Part shown: piece by piece, positions 1 to 8,890 of the stretch
Layout: each line of letters begins with the position of its first letter
Position numbering within the stretch: position 1 is the stretch's first letter
Source: Candidatus Nitrospira inopinata
GTDB lineage: Bacteria > Nitrospirota > Nitrospiria > Nitrospirales > Nitrospiraceae
Length of the DNA: 32,000 nucleotides
NCBI RefSeq assembly: GCF_001458695.1
Contig: NZ_LN885086.1
Coordinates: forward strand, 1,290,001-1,322,000
Direction of reading: 5' to 3'
The notes under the pieces: generated by a model
Database searches by the model: none
What the model was told of the DNA's origin: nothing
What the model saw: only the letters and a program-made list of their open reading frames with translations
Translations under genes and position numbers: made by a program

Positions 1-1
1 A

Positions 2-280
2 TGTGTGGTGGTCGAGGGCGTGCCGGTCCAGTTCCTGCCTGCCTACAACGCTCTCTTGGAAGAGGCCTTGCGAGAAGCGCACGAGACGCCGTATCAGGCG
101 ACGTCCACGCGGGTTCTCCGAGTCGAACACCTTGTGGCGATCTGTCTGCAAACCGGACGAGCGAAGGATCGTGAGCGGGTGCGGATTCTACGAGAGCAGG
201 CCACGCTCGATCATGAGTATCTCGCCGCAGTTCTCCGTCGGCATCAACTGGAAGGAAAATGGAAAGAATGGATCGCGTGA
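2..280 (+). CDS. Hypothetical protein, C-terminal fragment (ORF open to the window edge); possibly a nucleotidyltransferase-fold or accessory protein embedded in the type I R-M operon
   Basis: The reading frame is open from the first bases of the window to the stop at 278-280. It overlaps the next ORF by 22 nt and lies on the same strand as hsdR. The function guess rests only on loose resemblance (RVEHLVAICLQTGRAKDRERV-type helix). Confidence 0.45.
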   Translation, partial: CVVVEGVPVQFLPAYNALLEEALREAHETPYQATSTRVLRVEHLVAICLQTGRAKDRERVRILREQATLDHEYLAAVLRRHQLEGKWKEWIA

Positions 281-456
281 ATCCTGAGATCGAAAAGCTC
301 TTCCGCGCCAAAAAGCTGCGTCGGGTTCGGCTTGCTGCCCTGCCGTTCCATGAGAAGGTGCGGGCCGTCGTCCAAATGCAGCAGATGGCTGCTCCGGTAT
401 TGCGCGCCCGAGGCAAACAGGTGCGGGTCTGGGACCTCCCACCTTCTGATATGTGA
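259..456 (+). CDS. Small hypothetical protein (65 aa), basic
   Basis: ATG ORF packed tightly between the upstream ORF (22-nt overlap) and hsdR (3-nt gap). The operon-like packing is the only support; no recognisable motif. Confidence 0.4.
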   Translation: MERMDRVNPEIEKLFRAKKLRRVRLAALPFHEKVRAVVQMQQMAAPVLRARGKQVRVWDLPPSDM

Positions 457-459
457 ACG

Positions 460-3405
460 ATGCCCGCTCCCGGTGAGCACAAGACGGTCCAAGCCCGTAT
501 TCTGGCTTACGCCCAGGAGATCGGCTGGACCTATGTGCCGCGGGAGGAAGCCGAGCGGCGGCGGGGATTCGATCCCGATGCGGCGACTCCCGAAGAACAG
601 GCCCGCTACGCCTCCCTCTTCTTCGGCGATCTGCTCCATGCCAAGGTCCGCGAATTCAATCCCAAGTATAAAGAAGCCGAAGGGGCGCTGGTCGGCGAGT
701 TGCAACGGCTCCATGCGGACATCTACGGCAACCGCGACTTTCTGAGCTACCTCCGTAACCAGCGGACTTTTTTCTCTCCAGACGACGACCGCGAACTGGA
801 TCTCATCCTGATCGACTACGGTGATCTTGCTCGCCCGAAAAAGGATTGGCGCAATCGCTACGAAGTCACGGAAGAGTTCTGTGTCCACAACGGCCGGTTT
901 GGGACGCGCGAGGACGTGGTCTTCCTCATCAACGGCATTCCGATGCTGGTCATCGAGTGCAAGAACGCGACAAAGGACGAAGCTATCGCGCTCGGCATCG
1001 ACCAGATTCGCCGCTACCATCTGGAGACGCCCGAAGTGATGGTGCCGGAGATGCTGTTCACGGCCACGGAAGCCATCGGCTTTTCCTACGGCGTCACCTG
1101 GAACACCGTCCGGCGGAACATCTTTCGCTGGAAGCATGAGGAGGCGGGCCGGCTCGAAGCGAAGGTGAAGAGCTTTTGTTCCGTGCCGATGGTGCTGCGA
1201 TTCCTCAAGGACTTCATTTTATTCGCGGAGAAGGAGGAAGAACTGCAGAAGTTCATCCTGGCGCAGCATCAGACTGCTGCCGTGGACCGCGTGGTGGATC
1301 GGGCGCTCGATGCCAAACGGACCCGCGGCCTTGTCTGGCACACGCAGGGGAGCGGCAAGACCTATACGATGATCAAGGCGGCCGAGTTGCTCTTCAAGGC
1401 GCCCAAGGCCGACAAGCCGACCATCCTCTTGATGATCGACCGGAACGAACTGGAAGATCAGCTCCTCAAGAATCTGGCGGCGGTCGGCTTGAGCAATGTG
1501 GCGCACGCCTACTCGATGGTCGAGCTGACGCGGCTCCTGAAGCAAGACTATCGAGGCCTGATCGTCACCATGATCCACAAGTTCCGCGACATGCCGGCCA
1601 ATCTCAATACGAGGTCGAATATCTTCGTCCTGATCGACGAAGCGCACCGGACGACCGGGGGCGATCTGGGGAACTATCTGATGGCCGGGCTCCCGAACGC
1701 GACGTTCATCGGGCTTACCGGCACGCCGATCGACAAGACCGCCTACGGCCGGGGAACCTTCAAGACCTTCGGTTGCGAGGACGACAAGGGTTATCTCCAC
1801 AAATACTCGATCGCCGAGAGTATCGAGGACGGGACGACGCTCCCGCTCTACTACAACCTGGCGCCGAACGAGATGCTGGTGCCGCACGAGCTGATGGAGC
1901 GGGAATTTCTGTCACTGGTTGAGACTGAGGGGATCGCCGACATCGAAGAGCTGAACAAGATTCTCGACCGCGCCGTGAATCTCAAGAACTTCCTCAAGGG
2001 ACGGGAACGGATCAAGCAAGTGGCCGCGTTCGTGGCCGGTCATTACCGGACCAACGTCGAGCCGCTGGGATACAAGGCGTTTCTGGTTGCGGTGGATCGG
2101 GAAGCCTGCACCTTCTACAAGGAGGCGCTGGATGCGATTCTGCCTTCCAAATACTCGGCCATCGTGTACACGGGCAACAACAACGATCCGCCCCACATGA
2201 AGAAATGGCATCTGGATGAGACGAGAGAGAAGCAGATCCGAAAAGCGTTCACGAAGTTCGGAGAGTTTCCCAAGATTCTCATCGTCACGGAAAAGCTGCT
2301 GACCGGATTCGACGCGCCGATACTCTATGCCATGTATCTCGACAAGCCGATGCGGGACCACACGCTGCTGCAGGCCATCGCCCGGGTGAACCGGCCGTAC
2401 GAGAACGAAGCCCAGGAGATGGTGAAGCCGCACGGCTTCGTGCTGGACTTCGTAGGCATTTTCGACAAGCTGGAAAAAGCCCTGGCCTTCGACAGTGAAG
2501 AAGTCAACGCGATCGTCAAGGACCTGGCCCTGCTCAAGCAGCTCTTCAAGGCCAAGATGGAGAGCAAAACGCCCGGCTATCTCCGGCTGGTGCGACGGAA
2601 CTTCGACGATAAGGACGTGGACAACCTGATCGAACATTTCCGGGATAAGGACAGGCGGAAGGAGTTCTTTACGGAGTACAAGGAAATCGAGATGCTCTAT
2701 GAGATCATCTCGCCGGACGCCTTCCTGCGGCCGTTCATCGAGGACTACACGACCCTGTCGGCCGTCTATCAAGTGGTGAGCAATGCCTATGCGAAGCGCG
2801 TGTACGTCGATCGGGCGTTCCAGAAGAAGACGAACGAGCTGGTTCAGCAACACATCGGCGCCCAGTTCGCCGGCGATTCAGGATTGCCGGATGTCCGACT
2901 CGACCCACAGGCCATTGAGACCATCAAGCAACAACGGGGCGGCAAGGCGACGAAGATCATCAACCTAGTGAAGGTGATTCAGAAAGCGGCGGAAGAGCAG
3001 AGCGACGACCCGTTTTTGATTGCAATGGCAGAACGGGCGAAGGCCGTGCAGGAGAGCTTTGAAGATCGTCAGACCGGAACGGAAGACACGCTGGCTGCTC
3101 TGTTGCAGGCCATCGACCGGGACGAGCAGCGGAAGCGCGAACAGGCGGCACGGGGGCTCGATGCGCTGACGTTCTTTGTATTCACGACATTGCGCGAGAA
3201 GAATGTTCCGCACGCGGAAGACGCGGCACGGAAGGTCAGTCAGGCGTTTGCTCAGTATCCCAATTGGCGCCGCAGCGATAAAGAGCTGCGAGAGTTGCGC
3301 AAGCAGGTGACGTTCGCCATCCTCGCGCAGGAAGAGAGCGTGGACAAGGTTGCGCTCATGGTGGATGATCTATTCACTGTGCTTCACAAGGCACGCAAGC
3401 CATGA
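460..3405 (+). CDS. hsdR: Type I restriction endonuclease subunit R (HsdR)
   Basis: 981 aa. N-terminal PD-(D/E)xK nuclease motif (DVVFLINGIPMLVIECK), SF2 helicase Walker A (TQGSGKTYT), DEAH box (LIDEAHRT), motif VI (QAIARVNRP), and a long helical C-terminal domain typical of HsdR. Confidence 0.95.
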   Translation: MPAPGEHKTVQARILAYAQEIGWTYVPREEAERRRGFDPDAATPEEQARYASLFFGDLLHAKVREFNPKYKEAEGALVGELQRLHADIYGNRDFLSYLRNQRTFFSPDDDRELDLILIDYGDLARPKKDWRNRYEVTEEFCVHNGRFGTREDVVFLINGIPMLVIECKNATKDEAIALGIDQIRRYHLETPEVMVPEMLFTATEAIGFSYGVTWNTVRRNIFRWKHEEAGRLEAKVKSFCSVPMVLRFLKDFILFAEKEEELQKFILAQHQTAAVDRVVDRALDAKRTRGLVWHTQGSGKTYTMIKAAELLFKAPKADKPTILLMIDRNELEDQLLKNLAAVGLSNVAHAYSMVELTRLLKQDYRGLIVTMIHKFRDMPANLNTRSNIFVLIDEAHRTTGGDLGNYLMAGLPNATFIGLTGTPIDKTAYGRGTFKTFGCEDDKGYLHKYSIAESIEDGTTLPLYYNLAPNEMLVPHELMEREFLSLVETEGIADIEELNKILDRAVNLKNFLKGRERIKQVAAFVAGHYRTNVEPLGYKAFLVAVDREACTFYKEALDAILPSKYSAIVYTGNNNDPPHMKKWHLDETREKQIRKAFTKFGEFPKILIVTEKLLTGFDAPILYAMYLDKPMRDHTLLQAIARVNRPYENEAQEMVKPHGFVLDFVGIFDKLEKALAFDSEEVNAIVKDLALLKQLFKAKMESKTPGYLRLVRRNFDDKDVDNLIEHFRDKDRRKEFFTEYKEIEMLYEIISPDAFLRPFIEDYTTLSAVYQVVSNAYAKRVYVDRAFQKKTNELVQQHIGAQFAGDSGLPDVRLDPQAIETIKQQRGGKATKIINLVKVIQKAAEEQSDDPFLIAMAERAKAVQESFEDRQTGTEDTLAALLQAIDRDEQRKREQAARGLDALTFFVFTTLREKNVPHAEDAARKVSQAFAQYPNWRRSDKELRELRKQVTFAILAQEESVDKVALMVDDLFTVLHKARKP

Positions 3406-3722
3406 ATCACTGGCGCGACAAGGAGGAATTTAAGCGCCGGGTCTTGGAATGGGCCGGCCGGCTCGGTATCGAGGTCCGGTCCTTGAGCGTTCGCCCGATG
3501 CGCAACAAATGGGCCTCCTGCTCGCTCCAGGGCAATCTGAATTTCAACGTGGAGCTGGTGGCCCTCGACCGTGAGATCGGCGACTATGTGATCGTTCATG
3601 AGCTGCTCCACTTTTTCGTCCCGAACCACGGCAAGCTCTGGAAGAGCCTGATGCGGGCGCATCTGGGAGACTATGAAGAGGTCAAGAAACGATTGGAGGC
3701 GAAACAGCGAGTGCTTCTGTAG
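3402..3722 (+). CDS. Short DUF45/YgjP-like M48-family metallopeptidase-domain protein (106 aa)
   Basis: HExxH zinc motif in the typical DUF45 context (WASCS...YVIVHELLHFFVPNHGKLW). ATGA start/stop overlap with hsdR. The family commonly accompanies type I R-M genes. Confidence 0.8.
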   Translation: MNHWRDKEEFKRRVLEWAGRLGIEVRSLSVRPMRNKWASCSLQGNLNFNVELVALDREIGDYVIVHELLHFFVPNHGKLWKSLMRAHLGDYEEVKKRLEAKQRVLL

Positions 3723-3750
3723 TCCCTCATGACCTGTGCTCACGGAGAAC

Positions 3751-4125
3751 TTACTCCCCGAACAGGTTGATCCCCTGGACCATCCGGTAGTGCCGCGTGT
3801 TTCTTGTGAGCAACGGAAGCCGTTTGACGAGAGCCGTTGCGGCGATGAGCGCGTCTCCTTTTTCGAGGGCGGGATGACGGCGCCGAAGGTGGGAATACCT
3901 CGACGCGATCGCATCGGACAAGGGAACGAGACGGCACCGGCGCAGCTCAGCCTCAATCGCCGCTCGCTCGGTATCGCGGAGCCCGGGCTTCGTAAGCAAC
4001 TCTTTCCTGGTGATAATCGAATAATAGACGATGAAACGGGGGGAGTCGAAGAGCGTCGAAAAGCGGCCGGTGTTGAAATAATCGATGAAGAGGTCGGTGT
4101 CTACGAGGACCGAGATTTTTGCCAT
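3751..4125 (-). CDS. vapC: Type II toxin-antitoxin system VapC-family PIN-domain toxin
   Basis: 124 aa. PIN acidic residues in the expected places (VLVDTDLFIDYF, TRKELL, GDALIAATA, TRNTRHY). Overlaps the upstream small antitoxin ORF. Confidence 0.9.
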   Translation of the reverse strand: MAKISVLVDTDLFIDYFNTGRFSTLFDSPRFIVYYSIITRKELLTKPGLRDTERAAIEAELRRCRLVPLSDAIASRYSHLRRRHPALEKGDALIAATALVKRLPLLTRNTRHYRMVQGINLFGE

Positions 4126-4370
4126 GCCTCGATCTCGTCCAGGAAGGCGTCATCGGACTGTTTGCGCCCCTGCTTTCTGAGCGTGGCCACATAGGCGGCG
4201 CTGTCCTCCACGTCCGTATGCCCATAGGGATTGAATTTTTCCCTCACAAGGTTTTCCAGAACGGTAACGGGATACACCCCACGACGCTTGGCGGCCTTCA
4301 CGACCACGCTCTTCAGCGCTGGGTCGAACGACAGCGTCCACTTCTCCTTTCGCAAGGCGGATTTCGGCAT
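4101..4370 (-). CDS. Ribbon-helix-helix (CopG/VapB-like) antitoxin
   Basis: 89 aa. N-terminal strand-helix-helix pattern (WTLSFDPALKSVVVKAAKRRGVYPVTVLENLVRE). AGGAG lies 6 nt upstream of the ATG. 25-nt overlap with vapC. Confidence 0.75.
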   Translation of the reverse strand: MPKSALRKEKWTLSFDPALKSVVVKAAKRRGVYPVTVLENLVREKFNPYGHTDVEDSAAYVATLRKQGRKQSDDAFLDEIEAWQKSRSS

Positions 4371-4391
4371 GTCATGCTCCTATCGAACAAC

Positions 4392-4408
4392 ACGTATATT
4401 AGACGTAT
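4392..4408. promoter_or_regulatory. Direct repeat ACGTAT-N5-ACGTAT, candidate antitoxin operator
   Basis: Two ACGTAT hexamers with 11-nt spacing (one helical turn), 22-38 nt upstream of the antitoxin ATG. RHH antitoxins typically autoregulate through such repeats. Confidence 0.3.
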
Positions 4409-4439
4409 GGTTTTGCGGTGTCAAGGCATCGAAGCTCGG

Positions 4440-4448
4440 TGGTATAAT
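4440..4448 (+). promoter_or_regulatory. Extended -10 element (TGGTATAAT), candidate uvrA promoter
   Basis: Perfect TGnTATAAT about 90 nt upstream of the uvrA ATG, in the vapB/uvrA divergent spacer. No good -35. Confidence 0.35.
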
Positions 4449-4537
4449 CCCGCGGCCTGGCAAGAGTGCTGAGTGCCGAGTTCTGAGTCGCCGGAGTCGG
4501 AAGCAGACCACCCACACCTGATTCATCTACGGAGCGT

Positions 4538-7045
4538 ATGGGGCAATCGATCATCATCAAGGGCGCCCGTGAGCACAATCTCAAGAATATCGATGTCGAG
4601 ATCCCGCGCGACAAGCTCGTCGTCATCACCGGCCTGAGCGGATCAGGCAAGTCGTCCCTGGCCTTCGACACGATCTATGCCGAAGGCCAGCGGCGCTACG
4701 TCGAGTCCCTGTCCGCCTACGCGCGCCAATTTTTGGAACAGATGGGCAAGCCCGATGTCGATTCGATCGAAGGGCTGTCGCCCGCCATCTCCATCGAGCA
4801 GAAGAGCACCAGCCACAATCCCCGCTCCACGGTCGGGACGGTCACCGAGATCTACGACTATCTTCGCCTCCTGTTCGCTCGGGTGGGCCGCCCCTATTGT
4901 TTTCAATGCGGCGAGGAAATCGCGGCCCAGACCGTCCAACAGATGGTGGACGCGATCGCCGCTTTGCCGGAAGGGACCAAGTTCCAGATTCTGGCGCCGA
5001 TTGTGCGCGGGCGGAAGGGAGAATATCGAAAAGAACTGCTGGAGATGCGTAAGGCCGGCTACGTCCGCGCCCGCGTCAACGGCACGGTCGTCGATCTCGG
5101 CGAAGACATCGTTCTCGACAAACAGAAAAAACACACGATCGAGATCATCGTCGATCGCCTCGTGATGAAGCAAGACGACGCCCTCATGCGTCGGCTGGCC
5201 GATTCGGTGGAAACCGCGCTCAAACTGACCGGCGGGTTGGTGGGAGTCCTCACCGAGGACGGGAAAACCAGGCTCTACAGCGACAAACTGGCCTGCATCA
5301 AATGCGGCGTCAGCTATCCCGAAGTGACGCCGAGAATCTTCTCCTTCAACAGCCCGCACGGCGCGTGCCCGGCCTGCGACGGCATCGGCTATCACGTGAC
5401 ACCCGGTCATCCAGAGGAAGAAGATTTCACGTTGTTGGACGTCTGCGAGACCTGTCGAGGGGCCAGGCTCAAACCGGAGAGCCTGGCGATCAAGATTGAG
5501 CGTAAGTCTATCGCCGAGGTGACGAGCCTCTCGATCCGGGCGGCGGCGGAGTTTTTCGTCTCGCTGAAGTTTACCGATCGTGAGCTGGTCATCGCGCATC
5601 GCATCTTGAAGGAAATCCGCGAGCGGCTGGGCTTCCTGGTCAATGTCGGCCTCGATTATCTGACGCTGGACCGGGCGGCGGCCACCCTGTCCGGTGGCGA
5701 AGGACAGCGCATCAGGCTGGCCACGCAAATCGGCTCCGGTCTCGTCGGCGTGCTCTACATCCTCGATGAGCCGTCGATCGGCCTGCACCAGCGGGACAAC
5801 CGCCGTCTTCTCCACACGCTGCTCAAGCTGCGGGATCTGGGCAACACCGTGGTGGTCGTCGAGCACGACGCCGAGACGATGTTGGCGGCCGATTACATCC
5901 TCGACATGGGGCCGGGGGCGGGATCGCACGGCGGGCACGTCGTCGCCAAAGGCACGCCGCAAGAGGTGATGAGTGATCCCCATTCGTTGACGGGACAGTA
6001 CTTACGGGGAACGCAAACCGTCGCCGTGCCGCGGAGACAACGGAAGCCCAAGGGGTTTCTCTCCGTCGTCGGCGCGAGCAAGCACAATCTCAAGAACGTG
6101 ACCGCCAAGATCCCCCTTGGCCTGTTCACCTGCGTGACCGGCGTGTCCGGGTCTGGCAAAAGCACCTTGGTGCTGGAGGTGCTGTTCCATTCACTGTCAC
6201 AGATGCTTTATCACAAGAAGCCGAAAATCGACGGCTGCAAGGAGCTGAAGGGTGTGGAGGCGCTGGATAAGGTGATCGACATCGATCAGTCGCCGATCGG
6301 CCGGACACCTCGCTCCAACCCGGCGACCTACACCGGGCTGTTCGGCTATATTCGCGACCTCTACGCGAACCTGCCGGAATCCCGCGTTCGTGGCTACAAG
6401 CCGGGGCGTTACAGTTTCAACGTCAAAGGCGGTCGTTGCGAAGCCTGCCAGGGGGATGGGCTGATCAAGATCGAGATGCACTTCCTGCCGGACGTGTATG
6501 TGACGTGCGAAGTCTGCAAAGGCCAACGGTACAACCGCGAGACGCTGGACATTCTGCACAAAGGCAAGAGCATCGCCGATGTGCTGAACATGACCGTGGA
6601 CGACGCGCTGGAATTTTTTGAACACATCCCCTTGATCAAGGCCAAGCTCCAAACCCTGCATGACGTCGGGCTGCACTATGTGAAGCTGGGGCAATCGGCC
6701 ACGACCCTTTCAGGCGGAGAAGCGCAACGGGTCAAGCTCTCGCGCGAGCTCTCCAAACGGGCCACGGGCCGCACCCTCTACATTCTTGATGAGCCCACGA
6801 CCGGCCTCCACTTCGCCGACGTGCAGCGATTGCTCGACGTGTTGGATCGGTTGGTCGAAGCCGGCAACACGGTACTAGTCATTGAGCACAATCTCGACGT
6901 CATCAAGAACGCCGACTGGATCATCGACCTGGGCCCGGAGGGTGGCGATCGGGGCGGCGACATCGTGGCGGAGGGCCCGCCTCAGGAGATTGCGAAGTCC
7001 AAACGGTCCTACACGGGACAAGTGTTGAAAGAGGCAGGGGTGTGA
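4538..7045 (+). CDS. uvrA: Excinuclease ABC subunit A (UvrA), natural variant lacking the insertion domain
   Basis: 835 aa. Two ABC modules ([18 protein letters not shown]; signatures [24 protein letters not shown]). Zinc modules CFQC...CIKC, CPAC...CETC and CEAC...CEVC. Strong colinearity with E. coli UvrA except for a roughly 100-aa gap between the second zinc-module cysteine pairs. Confidence 0.97.
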   Translation: MGQSIIIKGAREHNLKNIDVEIPRDKLVVITGLSGSGKSSLAFDTIYAEGQRRYVESLSAYARQFLEQMGKPDVDSIEGLSPAISIEQKSTSHNPRSTVGTVTEIYDYLRLLFARVGRPYCFQCGEEIAAQTVQQMVDAIAALPEGTKFQILAPIVRGRKGEYRKELLEMRKAGYVRARVNGTVVDLGEDIVLDKQKKHTIEIIVDRLVMKQDDALMRRLADSVETALKLTGGLVGVLTEDGKTRLYSDKLACIKCGVSYPEVTPRIFSFNSPHGACPACDGIGYHVTPGHPEEEDFTLLDVCETCRGARLKPESLAIKIERKSIAEVTSLSIRAAAEFFVSLKFTDRELVIAHRILKEIRERLGFLVNVGLDYLTLDRAAATLSGGEGQRIRLATQIGSGLVGVLYILDEPSIGLHQRDNRRLLHTLLKLRDLGNTVVVVEHDAETMLAADYILDMGPGAGSHGGHVVAKGTPQEVMSDPHSLTGQYLRGTQTVAVPRRQRKPKGFLSVVGASKHNLKNVTAKIPLGLFTCVTGVSGSGKSTLVLEVLFHSLSQMLYHKKPKIDGCKELKGVEALDKVIDIDQSPIGRTPRSNPATYTGLFGYIRDLYANLPESRVRGYKPGRYSFNVKGGRCEACQGDGLIKIEMHFLPDVYVTCEVCKGQRYNRETLDILHKGKSIADVLNMTVDDALEFFEHIPLIKAKLQTLHDVGLHYVKLGQSATTLSGGEAQRVKLSRELSKRATGRTLYILDEPTTGLHFADVQRLLDVLDRLVEAGNTVLVIEHNLDVIKNADWIIDLGPEGGDRGGDIVAEGPPQEIAKSKRSYTGQVLKEAGV

Positions 7046-7308
7046 GTAGGGCAAAAACAAACAGGAGGGAGGCAAAGGGCCAGGATTCCTGGTTTCGCAG
7101 AAGGGCTATGGATTCCGATGCAAGGCGATGTCATTGCCATCGGTGCGTGCCGTATCGGACGAATGTGTGAGGAACTGTGCCCAGTACGGTTATCACTGCT
7201 GGATGGCAGCTAACGCTACGGCGAAGCCATTAGGCTTCTCCCTCCTTCTCGCCACATTGGAGACGATTCGCTTACTCGCTTGATGATAGAGGCTCCCGGC
7301 AATATCAG

Positions 7309-7349
7309 TTATCATGATAATTGACATGTATCATGTCTAATATCATACT
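7309..7349 (+). promoter_or_regulatory. AT-rich promoter/operator region: 12-nt palindrome TTATCATGATAA, then TTGACA-17 nt-CATACT
   Basis: Perfect palindrome at 7309-7320 abuts a consensus -35 TTGACA (7321-7326). A -10-like CATACT (7344-7349) ends 9 nt before the ATG at 7359, and there is no Shine-Dalgarno. This suggests a very short or absent leader. Confidence 0.35.
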
Positions 7350-7358
7350 ATCGATGAC

Positions 7359-8495
7359 ATGGAGGTTCCCCGCATTCTTGATCTGCCCAAGCTACTGGCG
7401 ACCAAATCCTATTTCCTATTCGGCCCTCGGCAAACGGGGAAAACCTACATGATTCGCCGGCAATTCCCCGGCGCGAAATACTACAATCTGCACGAGACCG
7501 ACACGTTTCTGAAATTCAATCACGCACCTCACCGTTTACGTCAGGAGCTGACAGACAAGAACAAGCTGGTCATCATTGATGAGATACAGAAATTGCCGCT
7601 GCTGCTGGATGAAATCCAGATCCTCATTGACGAGCGGCAGGTGCGCTTTCTTCTGACAGGGTCCAGCGCCCGATCGCTCAAGCGCAAGGGGCTCAATTTG
7701 CTGGGAGGGCGAGCGCGAACAAAGCGATTGCATCCGTTGTGTTTTCGGGAATTGGGTCAAGAGTTCGATCTGATCAAAGCGCTCGATCGCGGCTTATTGC
7801 CGTCGCTGTATTTCTCAGACTCGCTGTACGAAGATCTCCAAGCTTATGTGGGAGTCTATCTGAAAGAAGAAATCGCGGCCGAGGCGGTCGTCCGCAACTT
7901 GCCCGCGTTCAGCCGATTCTTGACCGTGGCGGCCCTCTGCAACGGGCAGATGCTCAACTACTCCAAGATCGCCAGCGATGCGCAAATTCCCAAGTCGACC
8001 GTGCAGGAATATTTCCACATCCTACGGGACACCTTGTTGGGGGACGATCTCCCCGCGTGGAAACGGACGGAAAAACGGAAACCCATCGCCACCGCCAAAT
8101 TTTACTTTTTTGATATCGGCATCGTGCGGCACTTGCAGCGGAGGAGGAACCTGCAAGAAGGTTCGCCCGAATTCGGAGAGGCCTTTGAGGCCTATGTACA
8201 TCATGAGTTGAAAACCTATTGTGATTATCAAGGGACGTTGGATTTAGCCTATTGGCGTTCAACCTCCAACTTTGAAGTGGACTTTATCCTCAACGACCGC
8301 ACGGCAATCGAGGTCAAGGCCAAAGCTCACGTGTCCGAGCGGGACTTGCGGGGGCTCTATGCCCTGCGAGAGGAACGGCTCTTGAAGCGCTATGTGGCCG
8401 TCAGCCAAGAAACAACGCCGCGTCGTGTCAATGGGATTGACGTCCTTCCCTGGCGGGATTTTCTGGTACGGTTGTGGGAGGGGGAGTTCTCATGA
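7359..8495 (+). CDS. AAA_14-type ATPase fused to a DUF4143 (PD-(D/E)xK-like) C-terminal domain
   Basis: 378 aa. Walker A GPRQTGKT, Walker B VIIDEIQ, C-terminal nuclease-like motif FEVDFILNDRTAIEVKAK. GC is visibly lower (about 50%) than in the neighbours. Confidence 0.85.
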   Translation: MEVPRILDLPKLLATKSYFLFGPRQTGKTYMIRRQFPGAKYYNLHETDTFLKFNHAPHRLRQELTDKNKLVIIDEIQKLPLLLDEIQILIDERQVRFLLTGSSARSLKRKGLNLLGGRARTKRLHPLCFRELGQEFDLIKALDRGLLPSLYFSDSLYEDLQAYVGVYLKEEIAAEAVVRNLPAFSRFLTVAALCNGQMLNYSKIASDAQIPKSTVQEYFHILRDTLLGDDLPAWKRTEKRKPIATAKFYFFDIGIVRHLQRRRNLQEGSPEFGEAFEAYVHHELKTYCDYQGTLDLAYWRSTSNFEVDFILNDRTAIEVKAKAHVSERDLRGLYALREERLLKRYVAVSQETTPRRVNGIDVLPWRDFLVRLWEGEFS

Positions 8496-8558
8496 ACCAA
8501 AGAGTCAACGAGCGAACAGATCCATTATCCGCGACACATTGCCGGTAGGACTGATCGT

Positions 8559-8888
8559 ATGCGCACCATCATTCTGTTGACCATCTCGAATATCTTCATG
8601 ACCTTCGCCTGGTACGGACATTTGAAGTACAAGGATGCGCCCCTGTGGGCGGCGATCGTCGTGAGTTGGGGCATCGCGTTCATCGAGTACTGTTTTCAGG
8701 TGCCGGCCAATCGGATCGGCCACTATGAGTTCACCGCCGCGCAATTGAAAACGATTCAGGAAGTGATTACCCTCATCGTGTTTTGCGTCTTTTCGGTGCT
8801 CTATCTCAAGGAACCGCTCAAGTGGAACTATCTGGCCGGCTTCGGCCTGATGGTCGGCGCCGTCTTCCTCATCTTTAAGGAGTGGTGA
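8559..8888 (+). CDS. DMT-superfamily small membrane protein (DUF486 family)
   Basis: 109 aa, hydrophobic with four predicted helices. Family-typical N-terminus (SNIFMTFAWYGHLKYKD). Confidence 0.8.
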   Translation: MRTIILLTISNIFMTFAWYGHLKYKDAPLWAAIVVSWGIAFIEYCFQVPANRIGHYEFTAAQLKTIQEVITLIVFCVFSVLYLKEPLKWNYLAGFGLMVGAVFLIFKEW

Positions 8889-8890
8889 CC

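Noticed and set aside
4643-5983. 446-aa ORF antisense to uvrA. Similar long antisense or alternate-frame ORFs occur at 244-1137, 1912-2853, 10391-11341, 13065-14120, 15495-16532, 16799-17722, 17738-18736, 25483-26985 and 30809-31687.
   Set aside because: All lie entirely within strongly supported genes on the other strand or frame. Their translations are Arg/Gly/Pro/Ala-rich, low-complexity and motif-free, as expected for shadow ORFs in GC-rich DNA.
7080-7095. Hairpin CCAGG-ATT-CCTGG followed by TTT, considered as the uvrA terminator.
   Set aside because: The stem is only 5 bp, the loop 3 nt and the U-tract 3 nt. This is too weak to call an intrinsic terminator.
7046-7358. Possible tRNA, att site or IS remnant in the AT-rich spacer after uvrA.
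   Set aside because: I could not fold a cloverleaf or find a T-loop/anticodon arrangement. There are no terminal inverted repeats or flanking direct repeats longer than 7 nt, and no transposase or integrase nearby. It is kept only as a promoter/leader region.
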